Assembly: GCA_025920305.1 (NCBI GenBank)
Contig: JAPDMB010000001.1
Location: 538 to 64,537, forward strand
Reading direction: 5' to 3'
Source: Candidatus Parvarchaeota archaeon
GTDB taxonomy: Archaea > Nanobdellota > Nanobdellia > Parvarchaeales > Parvarchaeaceae
DNA: 64,000 nucleotides
Positions 48,399 to 56,567 of this stretch are shown here, piece after piece. The translations under genes and the position numbers were made by a program. Below the pieces are notes generated by a model, which was not told the origin of the DNA, searched no databases, and saw nothing but the letters and a program-made list of their open reading frames with translations. Each line of letters opens with the position of its first letter. The first letter of the stretch is position 1.

Positions 48399-48939
48399 TC
48401 TCCTCATCTACGAAGCTTCTGACTTTGTCTATAAATGCAGAATCTAAACCGTCGTCGCTCATCACAACAAACACCGTCTTCTGCTTCTTTTCATGCGTCA
48501 AAGAAGAGATGTAGTGTATAAATCTGAGCATCTCGTTCTGCGAGTTGTAGATCGAAAAAGAGGTTATAGAATCTATAAATATGAATAAATTTTTCTCCAA
48601 ATTTATCATATTCTCCAGGTTTATACTCAGCCTCGTTAGATCAGCAGGCGAATCTAGCACTATTATATTTTCGCTAGGCTTTGGTATCTTCCTATAAAGC
48701 GAGCTTGTTATAGTGTCTATAATCTTGTATTTTTTTATACCAGTGGATGATAATTGGCTTTCAATCGTATCCCCAGGGACGCTTCCCGTGACATAGATCG
48801 GCATGAAGCCCATGCTGTTGATATTATTGAAGATATAATTAAAGTTGTCGTTTAATTTATCCCTTTCGTTAAGGAGTAGAAGGCTTACATTCGAATTTAT
48901 CAGCCTTTTGATGCTGTTAGTTATATCATCTCCATTCAT
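48388..48939 (-). CDS. KaiC/RecA-like domain protein with degenerate Walker A
   Basis: Composition and layout look like a KaiC-like fold (IYVTGSVPGDT where a P-loop would be). No GK[ST]. Confidence 0.4.
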   Translation of the reverse strand: MNGDDITNSIKRLINSNVSLLLLNERDKLNDNFNYIFNNINSMGFMPIYVTGSVPGDTIESQLSSTGIKKYKIIDTITSSLYRKIPKPSENIIVLDSPADLTRLSINLENMINLEKNLFIFIDSITSFSIYNSQNEMLRFIHYISSLTHEKKQKTVFVVMSDDGLDSAFIDKVRSFVDEEIKL

Positions 48940-48988
48940 ATAGTTGATTAGGGGTTACCTCAATTAATACTTTGTATCTATTATACTA

Positions 48989-49071
48989 CGCTGGGAATGG
49001 GATTCGAACCCATGCATCCTTTCGGAAACAGGCTCTCCAAACCTGCGCCGTAACCGCTTGGCTATCCCAGC
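48989..49071 (-). tRNA. tRNA-Ser (anticodon GGA)
   Basis: Reverse complement: acceptor GCTGGGA/TCCCAGC, discriminator G. 3-bp D-stem. Anticodon stem CAGGT/GCCTG with loop TTGGAGA. Long variable arm (TCC-GAAA-GGA). T-arm ATGGG-TTCGAAT-CCCAT. Confidence 0.8.
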
Positions 49072-49100
49072 TAAAGTATGATATTATAATTAATTTTGTC

Positions 49101-49790
49101 TCAATTATTTAAATAATCTCTTAGATCTTCAACGTTCACTATCGGCTTTTCCAGCTTATCCATATCGTCGATGGCAATCCTTTGGCATGCTGTATTTATG
49201 AAGACATCCACATCTCTAAACTCGTTCAGCCTTTGAAAGTTTATCTCATCGAACACAATCGTATATACCTCTACGCCTCTCTCTGCAAGTTTTTCTTTTA
49301 TATCCTTTGCACCAGCCGTCTGCCCTGACTTTATCGACTCTACGAACATGACCTTCTTAGCATTCAAGGCGATGCCTATGGCCTGCATCATCCTTTTTTT
49401 GTAATTTTGTACGAGCTTCTCGTCCATCTCCTCTATATTCTCATTTTCTACGTCAACATTTATCACCTTCTTTTCAGTCTTCATAAGGACACCCATTATA
49501 TGGAACATACCCTGCGTAAAAGCCAGGATCACATCGCAGTCATCGCATTCTGCGGCATATTGATCGCATCCAAGTATCTGCCCCGGATACGCGGCTCTGT
49601 ATTTGGAAGAAAGCAGGACGAACTCTTTGTCTTTTATCTTATCTTTCACATAAGCCATCTGATCTAAATATTGTATCACTCCAATCAAGTTAACCTTTTT
49701 GTATGGTTTTAGCTTCTCCTTTATTCTCTCCAAAAGCGCATCGCTTATCTTCCCCTTATACCTCGATTCTACAAACATAGTTTCCATCAT
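49101..49790 (-). CDS. dph2: diphthamide synthase Dph2, C-terminal two domains (split-gene fragment, 229 aa)
   Basis: Aligns from the domain 1/2 boundary to the end of archaeal Dph2: FVESRY...ISDALLERIKEKL, AAYPGQILGCD (second cluster Cys, cf. WPGQVLGCN), VFINTACQRIAIDD (third Cys, cf. VVVACPRVPLDD). The N-terminal domain is the ORF at 872..1204. Confidence 0.7.
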   Translation of the reverse strand: MMETMFVESRYKGKISDALLERIKEKLKPYKKVNLIGVIQYLDQMAYVKDKIKDKEFVLLSSKYRAAYPGQILGCDQYAAECDDCDVILAFTQGMFHIMGVLMKTEKKVINVDVENENIEEMDEKLVQNYKKRMMQAIGIALNAKKVMFVESIKSGQTAGAKDIKEKLAERGVEVYTIVFDEINFQRLNEFRDVDVFINTACQRIAIDDMDKLEKPIVNVEDLRDYLNN

Positions 49791-49844
49791 GTGTTTAATG
49801 TATTAGCAAATATTTATAAATAGAGATACATTTAGAATCAGCAT

Positions 49845-50213
49845 ATGGAAGCGAAGCTAGTGTTAAATGATCCGTCTACGGAAAAGTCATACAGCCGGGT
49901 CATATCCAATGAGGAGATCGATAATCTGCTTGGATTGAAGATAGGTGACGAATTCGATATGTCATTTTTAGGATTGGACGGTTACAAGGGCAGAGTAACT
50001 GGTGGAAGCTACATGACAGGCACTCCTATGGATAAAAGCATAGACGGCACCGGATTGAAGAGGGTGCTCAAGGTCTTAAATAAGCATGGGCTGAGAAAGA
50101 GGAAGAGCGTCGCAGGAAATACGATAAGCCAGTTCACCTCTCAGATAAATGTAAAGATAGTTAGTTATGGCAGTAAGAAGTTGGATGAGATTTTCGTGAA
50201 AAATAATGGTTGA
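49845..50213 (+). CDS. rps6e: 30S ribosomal protein S6e
   Basis: KLVLNDPSTEKSY...KIGDEFDMSFLGLDGYKGRVTGGS...GTPMDKSIDG matches the S6e pattern. Confidence 0.88.
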   Translation: MEAKLVLNDPSTEKSYSRVISNEEIDNLLGLKIGDEFDMSFLGLDGYKGRVTGGSYMTGTPMDKSIDGTGLKRVLKVLNKHGLRKRKSVAGNTISQFTSQINVKIVSYGSKKLDEIFVKNNG

Positions 50214-51390
50214 AGATATAATCGTTGATCTCGTAGGTAATTTTGCAGACGGTAAGACTACCCTTGTAAAGGCTCTGACAAACGAATCAGCGCTTAGACA
50301 CAGCGAAGAGAAGAAGAGGGGGATAACCATACGTCTTGGCTATGCGCACTTCAAGCTTTTCAAATGCAATAGCTGTGGCAAGTTCAGCAGGTTTGAAAGA
50401 TGCGAGTTTTGCGGAGGCAGCACCGAATTGTTCCGCAGGGTCTCAATAATAGATTCTCCTGGACATAGGATGCTGATGACCACTATGCTCAGTGGCATAG
50501 GCTTGGCAGATGGAGCGATTATGGTCATCTCAGCGATAAATCCATGCCCCCAGCCTCAGACTGAGGAGCACATGGAAGCCATAAATCTGTTGGGTATAAA
50601 GAACTTAGTCGTTGCCCAAACTAAAGTGGACTTAGCTGGTGAGTCAAAAGCTAAGGAGAATTACAATCAGATAAGAGCTTTCTTGGAGAAGAATGGATTC
50701 TCAAATACGAATATAATACCGACTTTTGCCAATCAAAATATAAACATCCAAGAGATAATCCAGGAGATCGGTAAATTTGATATCTCTAACAGAGACGTCA
50801 GCGGGAAGCCTAAGATGCAGGTTATAAGGAGCTTCGATGTGAATAAGCCAGGCACGAGGATAGAGGATCTGAAAGGCGGTGTTTTGGGAGGCGGGCTCGT
50901 TTCCGGTAGGCTTTCCGTAGGCGATGAAGTGGTCTTAACTCCAAATGTTTCGGCAGGCAGTAAATTCAAGTCTATAAGAACAAAGATCATGTACATACAG
51001 AGCGAATTCGGTGAAGAAAAATCCGCTACAAGGGGGCTGTCCATCGGAGTCCTAACCAAATTAGACCCATCTATAGTAAGGAGAGACGCCTTAGTTGGGA
51101 GTTTGATCACCGACGCCGACAACTTGCCAATTCTTGATAATAAGCTGCGGATGACATATGATCCTATACCAGGCAAGACCATATTTGATAAACCTCTTCA
51201 AAAGGGGGAGAGCATACTTATAAACGTTCTGTCTTCCAGAGCGATCGGGATAATACAGGACATCTCTAAGGGAGGGATATCGCTGGTTTTAGGCGAGGTT
51301 TCCATACCTTTCTTTACGGGCGATAAGGTGATAGTATCCAGAAAGGTAAAGAATGCATGGACATTGGCTGGCTCTGGCATAATTTTATGA
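50206..51390 (+). CDS. translation initiation factor aIF2 gamma subunit
   Basis: G domain (GNFADGKTTL, DSPGH, QTKVD). Zinc ribbon CNSCGKFSRFERCEFCGG inserted in the G domain. Domains II/III follow. Confidence 0.9.
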   Translation: MVEDIIVDLVGNFADGKTTLVKALTNESALRHSEEKKRGITIRLGYAHFKLFKCNSCGKFSRFERCEFCGGSTELFRRVSIIDSPGHRMLMTTMLSGIGLADGAIMVISAINPCPQPQTEEHMEAINLLGIKNLVVAQTKVDLAGESKAKENYNQIRAFLEKNGFSNTNIIPTFANQNINIQEIIQEIGKFDISNRDVSGKPKMQVIRSFDVNKPGTRIEDLKGGVLGGGLVSGRLSVGDEVVLTPNVSAGSKFKSIRTKIMYIQSEFGEEKSATRGLSIGVLTKLDPSIVRRDALVGSLITDADNLPILDNKLRMTYDPIPGKTIFDKPLQKGESILINVLSSRAIGIIQDISKGGISLVLGEVSIPFFTGDKVIVSRKVKNAWTLAGSGIIL

Positions 51391-51749
51391 TGAACATACT
51401 CTTGGACACTAACTTCTTAATTTACACCTTTGATAGAAAAATAGACTTAAGCGAATTTTTGAACACCCCTCTGTCCTCCCCGTATAAACTGTTCTGCATC
51501 GATAAGAACATCGAAGAACTGAATAGATTGGGCAGAAGAGATGTGATCGGACTTGTCGATCATCTAAAGGTGGAAATCTTGAAGACGGGGCACTCGCATC
51601 TGCATGTAGATGATTTAATGATAAAAGTCGCCAAAGAAGGCGGGTTCTGTATAGCTACACAGGATAGAGAATTGATACAGAAGTCTATGGATGCCGGGGT
51701 CCCTGTCATTTTGAGAGGAAATAAAAATAAGGCAAGGGTCATCATATAA
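51387..51749 (+). CDS. PIN-domain protein (conserved neighbour of aIF2-gamma)
   Basis: MNILLDTNFLIYTF carries the first PIN acidic residue. ATGA overlap with the aIF2-gamma stop. Start moved to the internal Met. Confidence 0.7.
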   Translation: MMNILLDTNFLIYTFDRKIDLSEFLNTPLSSPYKLFCIDKNIEELNRLGRRDVIGLVDHLKVEILKTGHSHLHVDDLMIKVAKEGGFCIATQDRELIQKSMDAGVPVILRGNKNKARVII

Positions 51750-51796
51750 ATTAATGGCCGCGGATTCCATTCATATCGTATAGGAAGTGTTAAATA

Positions 51797-52090
51797 TTGT
51801 TGGATCTATCTAATAAAGGTATGGAAAATGACGTGATCTTCATCGGTAAAAAGCCGACAATGTCGTATGTTCTCGCCATACTCACTCATATAAATTCTGG
51901 TCATGACAGCGTTACTTTAAAAGCAAGAGGCATGCTTATCTCCAAAGCAGTCGATATATCTCAACTGGTTGTGAGGAAATTCTCTAAGGAGTTGAAGGTA
52001 TCTAGCATATCTATAGGCTCTGAGGAGATAACTGACAAGGATAACAACAAGAGGATGGTGTCTTATATCTCAATAGACCTTAAGAGATGA
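51797..52090 (+). CDS. albA: Alba (Sso10b) DNA/RNA-binding protein
   Basis: NDVIFIGKKPTMSYVLAILTHINSGHDSVTLKARGMLISKAVDISQLVVRKF matches the Alba pattern. Confidence 0.88.
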   Translation: MLDLSNKGMENDVIFIGKKPTMSYVLAILTHINSGHDSVTLKARGMLISKAVDISQLVVRKFSKELKVSSISIGSEEITDKDNNKRMVSYISIDLKR

Positions 52091-52096
52091 GATTTT

Positions 52097-52744
52097 ATGA
52101 TAGGCGATGATGACGTAGTGCTTATAAATTTTGTCGGCAAGATAAAGGCGACAGGCCAGGTGATAGATTTCACTTATAGAGATATTGCAGAGAAAGAGAA
52201 GATAGATGTAGATAAATCAGACCTCTCACCTATAGTCGTCATCCCAAGCGCAAATTATACGTTGAAAGCAATATCCAAGTCATTGATAGGCAAAAATGAA
52301 GGAGATAAGTATACATTGGATTTAAAACCAGAGGATGCCTTTGGGAGGTTCAACCCAAGGTTAGTGAAAACATACTCATTGGACGCATTTAGAGAGAACA
52401 ACATAAAACCATCGGCTGGAGACATAGTTAGCTTGGATGGCATGACCGCTACAGTGATGTCAGTTGGGGCTGGCAGGGTGATGGTCAATTTTAACCACAT
52501 GCTGGCTGGTAAGGAGTTAATATATGATATAGAGGTCTTCAAAGTAATAACAGATGACGCTGAGAAAGCAGCCGCAATTTTTAGGCATTACACCGGGAAG
52601 CAGCCAGATAAGGTTGAGATAAACGAAAGTAATGTCAGGATACTTTATAAGGATTCGATAGATAAACACGTGGCCGATGCGATAGCCGACGATATAGACA
52701 AATATGTAAGAAAAGGATTTAAAGTTGAAATAACTTCATCTTAG
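52097..52744 (+). CDS. FKBP-type peptidyl-prolyl cis-trans isomerase (SlyD-like, with IF insert and C-terminal extension)
   Basis: VMVNFNHMLAGKELIYDIEVFKV matches the FKBP C-terminal consensus (VDFNHPLAGK.L.F.VEL). N-terminal FKBP beta-strands. Confidence 0.8.
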   Translation: MIGDDDVVLINFVGKIKATGQVIDFTYRDIAEKEKIDVDKSDLSPIVVIPSANYTLKAISKSLIGKNEGDKYTLDLKPEDAFGRFNPRLVKTYSLDAFRENNIKPSAGDIVSLDGMTATVMSVGAGRVMVNFNHMLAGKELIYDIEVFKVITDDAEKAAAIFRHYTGKQPDKVEINESNVRILYKDSIDKHVADAIADDIDKYVRKGFKVEITSS

Positions 52745-52745
52745 C

Positions 52746-53879
52746 ATGGAAATGAATAGGATTACTGCATCAAGCATATCTAATGAGGGGGTCAAGGCCC
52801 CAAATATCGACATAAGTAGGACCAAGGAATTCGATAAGGCTTTAGAAGATCTTATAACCAATAGGCGGACCAGTATAAAGGTGGTAGGTGTCGGCGGCTC
52901 CGGCAACAATACTCTGAACAGAATGTTCGAGGTGGGCATCAAAGGCGCAGAGCTGATCGCGATGAATACAGATGCCGCTGATCTTCTATGTACCCCTTCT
53001 GATAAGAAGGTACTGCTTGGAAAGGAACTTACGAAAGGGCTCGGTGCCGGTGCTAATTCAGAGATTGGCGAAGCGGCTGCCAAAGAGCAGGAGCAGGAGA
53101 TAAAAGACGTCCTTCAAGGAGCCGATATGGTTTTCATATGCGGCGGCATGGGCGGTGGCACAGGGACTGGCGGTATACCTGTCGTAGCCAGGGTGGCTAA
53201 AAAACTGAACGCTCTAACCATAGCCGTCGTTACGTTACCATTCAAGATGGAAGGCAAGAATAGGATGAATACAGCGATGAGTGGCATAGAGAAACTGAAA
53301 GATGTGGTTGATACGCTGATAGTGATACCAAATGAGAAATTAAGGGCTATAGCTCCTGATCTCCCTCTACCTATAGCTTTGAAGGTTGCCGATGATGTTC
53401 TTACTAACGCTGTCAAGGGCATAACAGAGCTGATAACAAGGCCTGGTCTGATAAATGTGGATTTTGCTGATGTGAAGGCGATAATGTCAAACGGTGGAGT
53501 AGCTCTTATAAGTTCTGCGGAAAGCGACGCGAAGGACAAGAAGATAGAGACTATAGTCGAAAAAGTCTTGAATAACCCTCTGATAGACGTGGATCTTTCA
53601 ACTGCTAAAGGCATGCTGATAGATGTAAGCGGCGGCTCGTCCCTGACGTTGGAAGAGGCTAGTTCAGTTGTAGATTTGGTCAGCAGGAGGCTCCCAGAAA
53701 ATATAAATGTCATCTGGGGTGCGCATATCTTCCCGGATCTTAAGAATACTATAAGGGTTATGGCTATAATAACGGGCGTGACTTCTAAGCAGATATTCGG
53801 TAAATCCATATCGGAAGAGAAGGAACTTAAGGATAAGCGGGAAGTGGAAGAAGAGCTGGGCATAAAGTTTTTAGGGTAG
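52746..53879 (+). CDS. ftsZ: cell division GTPase FtsZ (paralogue 2)
   Basis: Motifs: IKVVGVGGSGNN, GGGTGTGGIP. Followed by secE as in Euryarchaeota. Confidence 0.93.
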   Translation: MEMNRITASSISNEGVKAPNIDISRTKEFDKALEDLITNRRTSIKVVGVGGSGNNTLNRMFEVGIKGAELIAMNTDAADLLCTPSDKKVLLGKELTKGLGAGANSEIGEAAAKEQEQEIKDVLQGADMVFICGGMGGGTGTGGIPVVARVAKKLNALTIAVVTLPFKMEGKNRMNTAMSGIEKLKDVVDTLIVIPNEKLRAIAPDLPLPIALKVADDVLTNAVKGITELITRPGLINVDFADVKAIMSNGGVALISSAESDAKDKKIETIVEKVLNNPLIDVDLSTAKGMLIDVSGGSSLTLEEASSVVDLVSRRLPENINVIWGAHIFPDLKNTIRVMAIITGVTSKQIFGKSISEEKELKDKREVEEELGIKFLG

Positions 53880-53884
53880 ATTTT

Positions 53885-54358
53885 TTGATGGAAGAAAAAA
53901 GTCTAGCCGATGCAAATACCTCAGGTCAAAATGATAATACTGGTGCAGCTGGCGGAAAGGCAGATTCTACCAACCAGCATACATCTCCAACTGAAGGAGC
54001 GCAGAACGGCGAAAAGACCGTGGATGAAGCCGCTGGCAAAGAGGATAAGAGCGCAAAACAGGACGAGCAAAAAAAAGAGCAGCCCCAGCCAGCCGCTCCA
54101 AGCGCAAAAAGAGTGGAAAGGAGGAAGATAGACATATCTAGGTTCGGTAGGAGGGTAAAGCATGTTTTGGGATTCATAAGCCCATGGTTTATCTCCTCTA
54201 AATTGAAGTACTACTACTCAGAGTATAGACGGATACTACTGCTATCAAGAAAACCAACCTCGAAGGAGTACAAGGAACTTACGATAATGGTGGTGATCGG
54301 CACGCTGGTCGTAGGCATGATAGGGTTTGTCATCCAGCTTATAATCCAGTTCATCTGA
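53885..54358 (+). CDS. secE: preprotein translocase subunit SecE/Sec61-gamma with a long acidic/low-complexity N-terminal extension
   Basis: C-terminus EYRRILLLSRKPTSKEYKELTIMVVIGTLVVGMIGFVIQLI is the conserved amphipathic helix plus TM of SecE. Confidence 0.75.
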   Translation: MMEEKSLADANTSGQNDNTGAAGGKADSTNQHTSPTEGAQNGEKTVDEAAGKEDKSAKQDEQKKEQPQPAAPSAKRVERRKIDISRFGRRVKHVLGFISPWFISSKLKYYYSEYRRILLLSRKPTSKEYKELTIMVVIGTLVVGMIGFVIQLIIQFI

Positions 54359-55045
54359 TCATTGGTTGTTTGCTATGGCTAACATGCATTCGTTATAATA
54401 TGGACAGTACTTGCACTCCCATACCTTTTTATCATCAAAATAGTACTCTGCAAATGGCAGTTCGTTGTCCTTCAAGTGTTTGTCAAGCTCCTTGAACCTC
54501 TGCATAGTTTTTTCATACAGCTGTTCGTCTAATCTTACTTCGAACTGCTTTATGGACATGTTTTTCTTGTCTACGTAGATTAAGAACCCGAGGTCTGGAT
54601 TTTCATACTTCATGTAGAGGTTAAGCTGCATTAGGTGTTTTTCCTGCGGTTCGACTATGCTATTCACATCAGAGGCAGATTTCACCTCTATCAGTATCTT
54701 TCTCCCATCTTTAGTTATTATGAAGTCATCTATCCTTCCATATACTGAAAATGTAGTCTCGCTATCGCTGTAATTTATCTTGATAGGCTTCTCCTCTATA
54801 ACGTACCCGAACTTATCAGACGACTTCAGGGCTTCGGTTATGAATAGGTGTATATTATTCCCCAGCGCGAATATCCGCAGGGTGCTTTCGTCTACCTTCT
54901 TTGGATTGAGATATGAGTAGAACTGCCTCCTTAAGCACATGCCGATCTCACTCGGGTAATAGCTCCCTATCGCCCTAGGCCTTTCCTCGGTTTTTAGGTA
55001 GTCATCTATCACCTTATCTATCTGAAAGTCGTCTGTGCCTTCCAT
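54359..55045 (-). CDS. Cas4-family (DUF83) PD-(D/E)xK exonuclease with 4-Cys cluster, standalone
   Basis: Cas4 N-terminal YYPSEIGMCLRRQFYSYL. Nuclease motifs GRIDDFI, LIEVKS and QLNLY. C-terminal CKYCPYYNEC. No cas genes or repeats nearby. Confidence 0.75.
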   Translation of the reverse strand: MEGTDDFQIDKVIDDYLKTEERPRAIGSYYPSEIGMCLRRQFYSYLNPKKVDESTLRIFALGNNIHLFITEALKSSDKFGYVIEEKPIKINYSDSETTFSVYGRIDDFIITKDGRKILIEVKSASDVNSIVEPQEKHLMQLNLYMKYENPDLGFLIYVDKKNMSIKQFEVRLDEQLYEKTMQRFKELDKHLKDNELPFAEYYFDDKKVWECKYCPYYNECMLAIANNQ

Positions 55046-55278
55046 ATTCCTTGCTGTAGGGGCAAGTGCAGTTTAAATGTATCATGTCCCAAGTTTATTT
55101 GTTTACCTCTATACACGTTCGAAATTATATGGCTTTCCGCTAATTTAAGTATTTTGTCAAAATGAGCTTTAAGACCCATAATCTACATAGGCGGGATGAA
55201 AGCGGACAGCGAACATATAAATGCATGGAGAAAATAAAGATGATATGTTGACGCCGTATCAGCAGTTGTAGTCGTCTT

Positions 55279-55803
55279 ATGAACAGAAAAGGACAGGTTT
55301 TTTCGCTTGATTTGATGTTTGCGGTCTTGATATTCCTGCTTATCTTTATGTCGCTATTAATCTTTATATATACCGTTTCAGACGTGTATAATCCTTATTC
55401 ATACCTATCAATAACCCTGTCTTTGGAAAAGCTCAATTTAATCGGGAACATTGGGATAGATTCTCTGTCTAATTCATTTGGGACCCCGCCGAACTGGGTG
55501 GGCTTGCCGTGCTCAAGCATAAAGTCTTTTGGGCTGCTCAAGACTTATTATACATTAAGCCTTAACAAAGCCTATTCATTGGTTTCGTCTTACCCGTCGT
55601 GTTTTTACAACATGTCTAAGGTCGGCGCTGATTTCAACTTATCAATATCCCACCTGAACGGCACACCCTTATACATAAATGGTTCAGATATTACAATTGG
55701 ATCAAAGCCGCCGGCAAATTCGAGTTACATCGTCTCCCTTGTAAGGTTCCTAGCGCTATCTTCAGGCGCGATAGTGGAGGTCAACTATAAGATATGGACA
55801 TGA
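55279..55803 (+). CDS. pilin-like protein with class III (prepilin-type) signal peptide
   Basis: MNRKGQVFSLDLMFAVLIFLLIF: basic region, G-Q, then a hydrophobic helix. Secreted-type S/N-rich body. Confidence 0.6.
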   Translation: MNRKGQVFSLDLMFAVLIFLLIFMSLLIFIYTVSDVYNPYSYLSITLSLEKLNLIGNIGIDSLSNSFGTPPNWVGLPCSSIKSFGLLKTYYTLSLNKAYSLVSSYPSCFYNMSKVGADFNLSISHLNGTPLYINGSDITIGSKPPANSSYIVSLVRFLALSSGAIVEVNYKIWT

Positions 55804-56276
55804 AAGCCCAGATATTCACCTTGGATTTGATAATCGGATTGATACTTGTAATCTCAATAATCTCAGCGTCGTACTATATATTCAATTATTATCTGAAGTA
55901 TAACCTCCAAACAATGTCCCAGGACAATAAAGTCCTATCGATCTACTCCGCATTCAATTCTTTCTTGGCTTCAAATTCCACGGTCTACAAATTTGCTGGT
56001 TTTGAGGAGTCAACCGTTTCAGCTAGTTCCCTGAACGCATATATAGCGGGTACGCTTAAAGCTGAGATTGGTTCGCCTTTCTCCCTGTTAGTCTACACAA
56101 ACTCAACCGCTGGAAGCTCCGCTCTGCCGAATAATCTAATATACACATATAATTCGTCAGGTTTCAGCCCCAACTCAGGGAACACGCTGGCGACATCGCA
56201 GCTTGTGGTAATCTACAACCCAGGTACATCAACTCTCGTGTCTTTTGACCTTTTTACCTTGAAGGTCGATGTTTAG
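55794..56276 (+). CDS. pilin-like protein with class III signal peptide (paralogue of the preceding gene)
   Basis: MDMKAQIFTLDLIIGLILVISII has the same KxQ(I/V)F(S/T)LDL motif. Overlaps the upstream gene by 10 nt. Confidence 0.6.
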   Translation: MDMKAQIFTLDLIIGLILVISIISASYYIFNYYLKYNLQTMSQDNKVLSIYSAFNSFLASNSTVYKFAGFEESTVSASSLNAYIAGTLKAEIGSPFSLLVYTNSTAGSSALPNNLIYTYNSSGFSPNSGNTLATSQLVVIYNPGTSTLVSFDLFTLKVDV

Positions 56277-56506
56277 TTCGATGTATTTGAAGCCAGTAGT
56301 CTTTTAAGTTCGTCTATCTTTGTTTTTATCTCTTCGCCTTTCTTTATGTTGTTAAGGACAAGCATGTCGTTCACGGCCAATAACTGCTGTCCTAGGTCTG
56401 CGGACCTGTCAAAGTCTAGGTTGTTCCTGTACTGGTTGTACAGTATTATCCCCTCCATTGCTCTTCTGTACACTAGCTTCAATTCCTTGTCTTCCATTTC
56501 CCCCAC
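56273..56506 (-). CDS. hypothetical small protein
   Basis: 77-aa ORF between a pilin-like gene and the ABCE1 gene. No motif. Confidence 0.3.
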   Translation of the reverse strand: MGEMEDKELKLVYRRAMEGIILYNQYRNNLDFDRSADLGQQLLAVNDMLVLNNIKKGEEIKTKIDELKRLLASNTSN

Positions 56507-56567
56507 ATTGTTATATATGGGTATTTAGAATAAAAGCCGTTCATTCATATTACTCAGATATTACTTC

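Noticed and set aside
53114-53863. 249-aa minus-strand ORF
   Set aside because: Antisense to ftsZ2; Ser/Thr/Pro-rich artefact.
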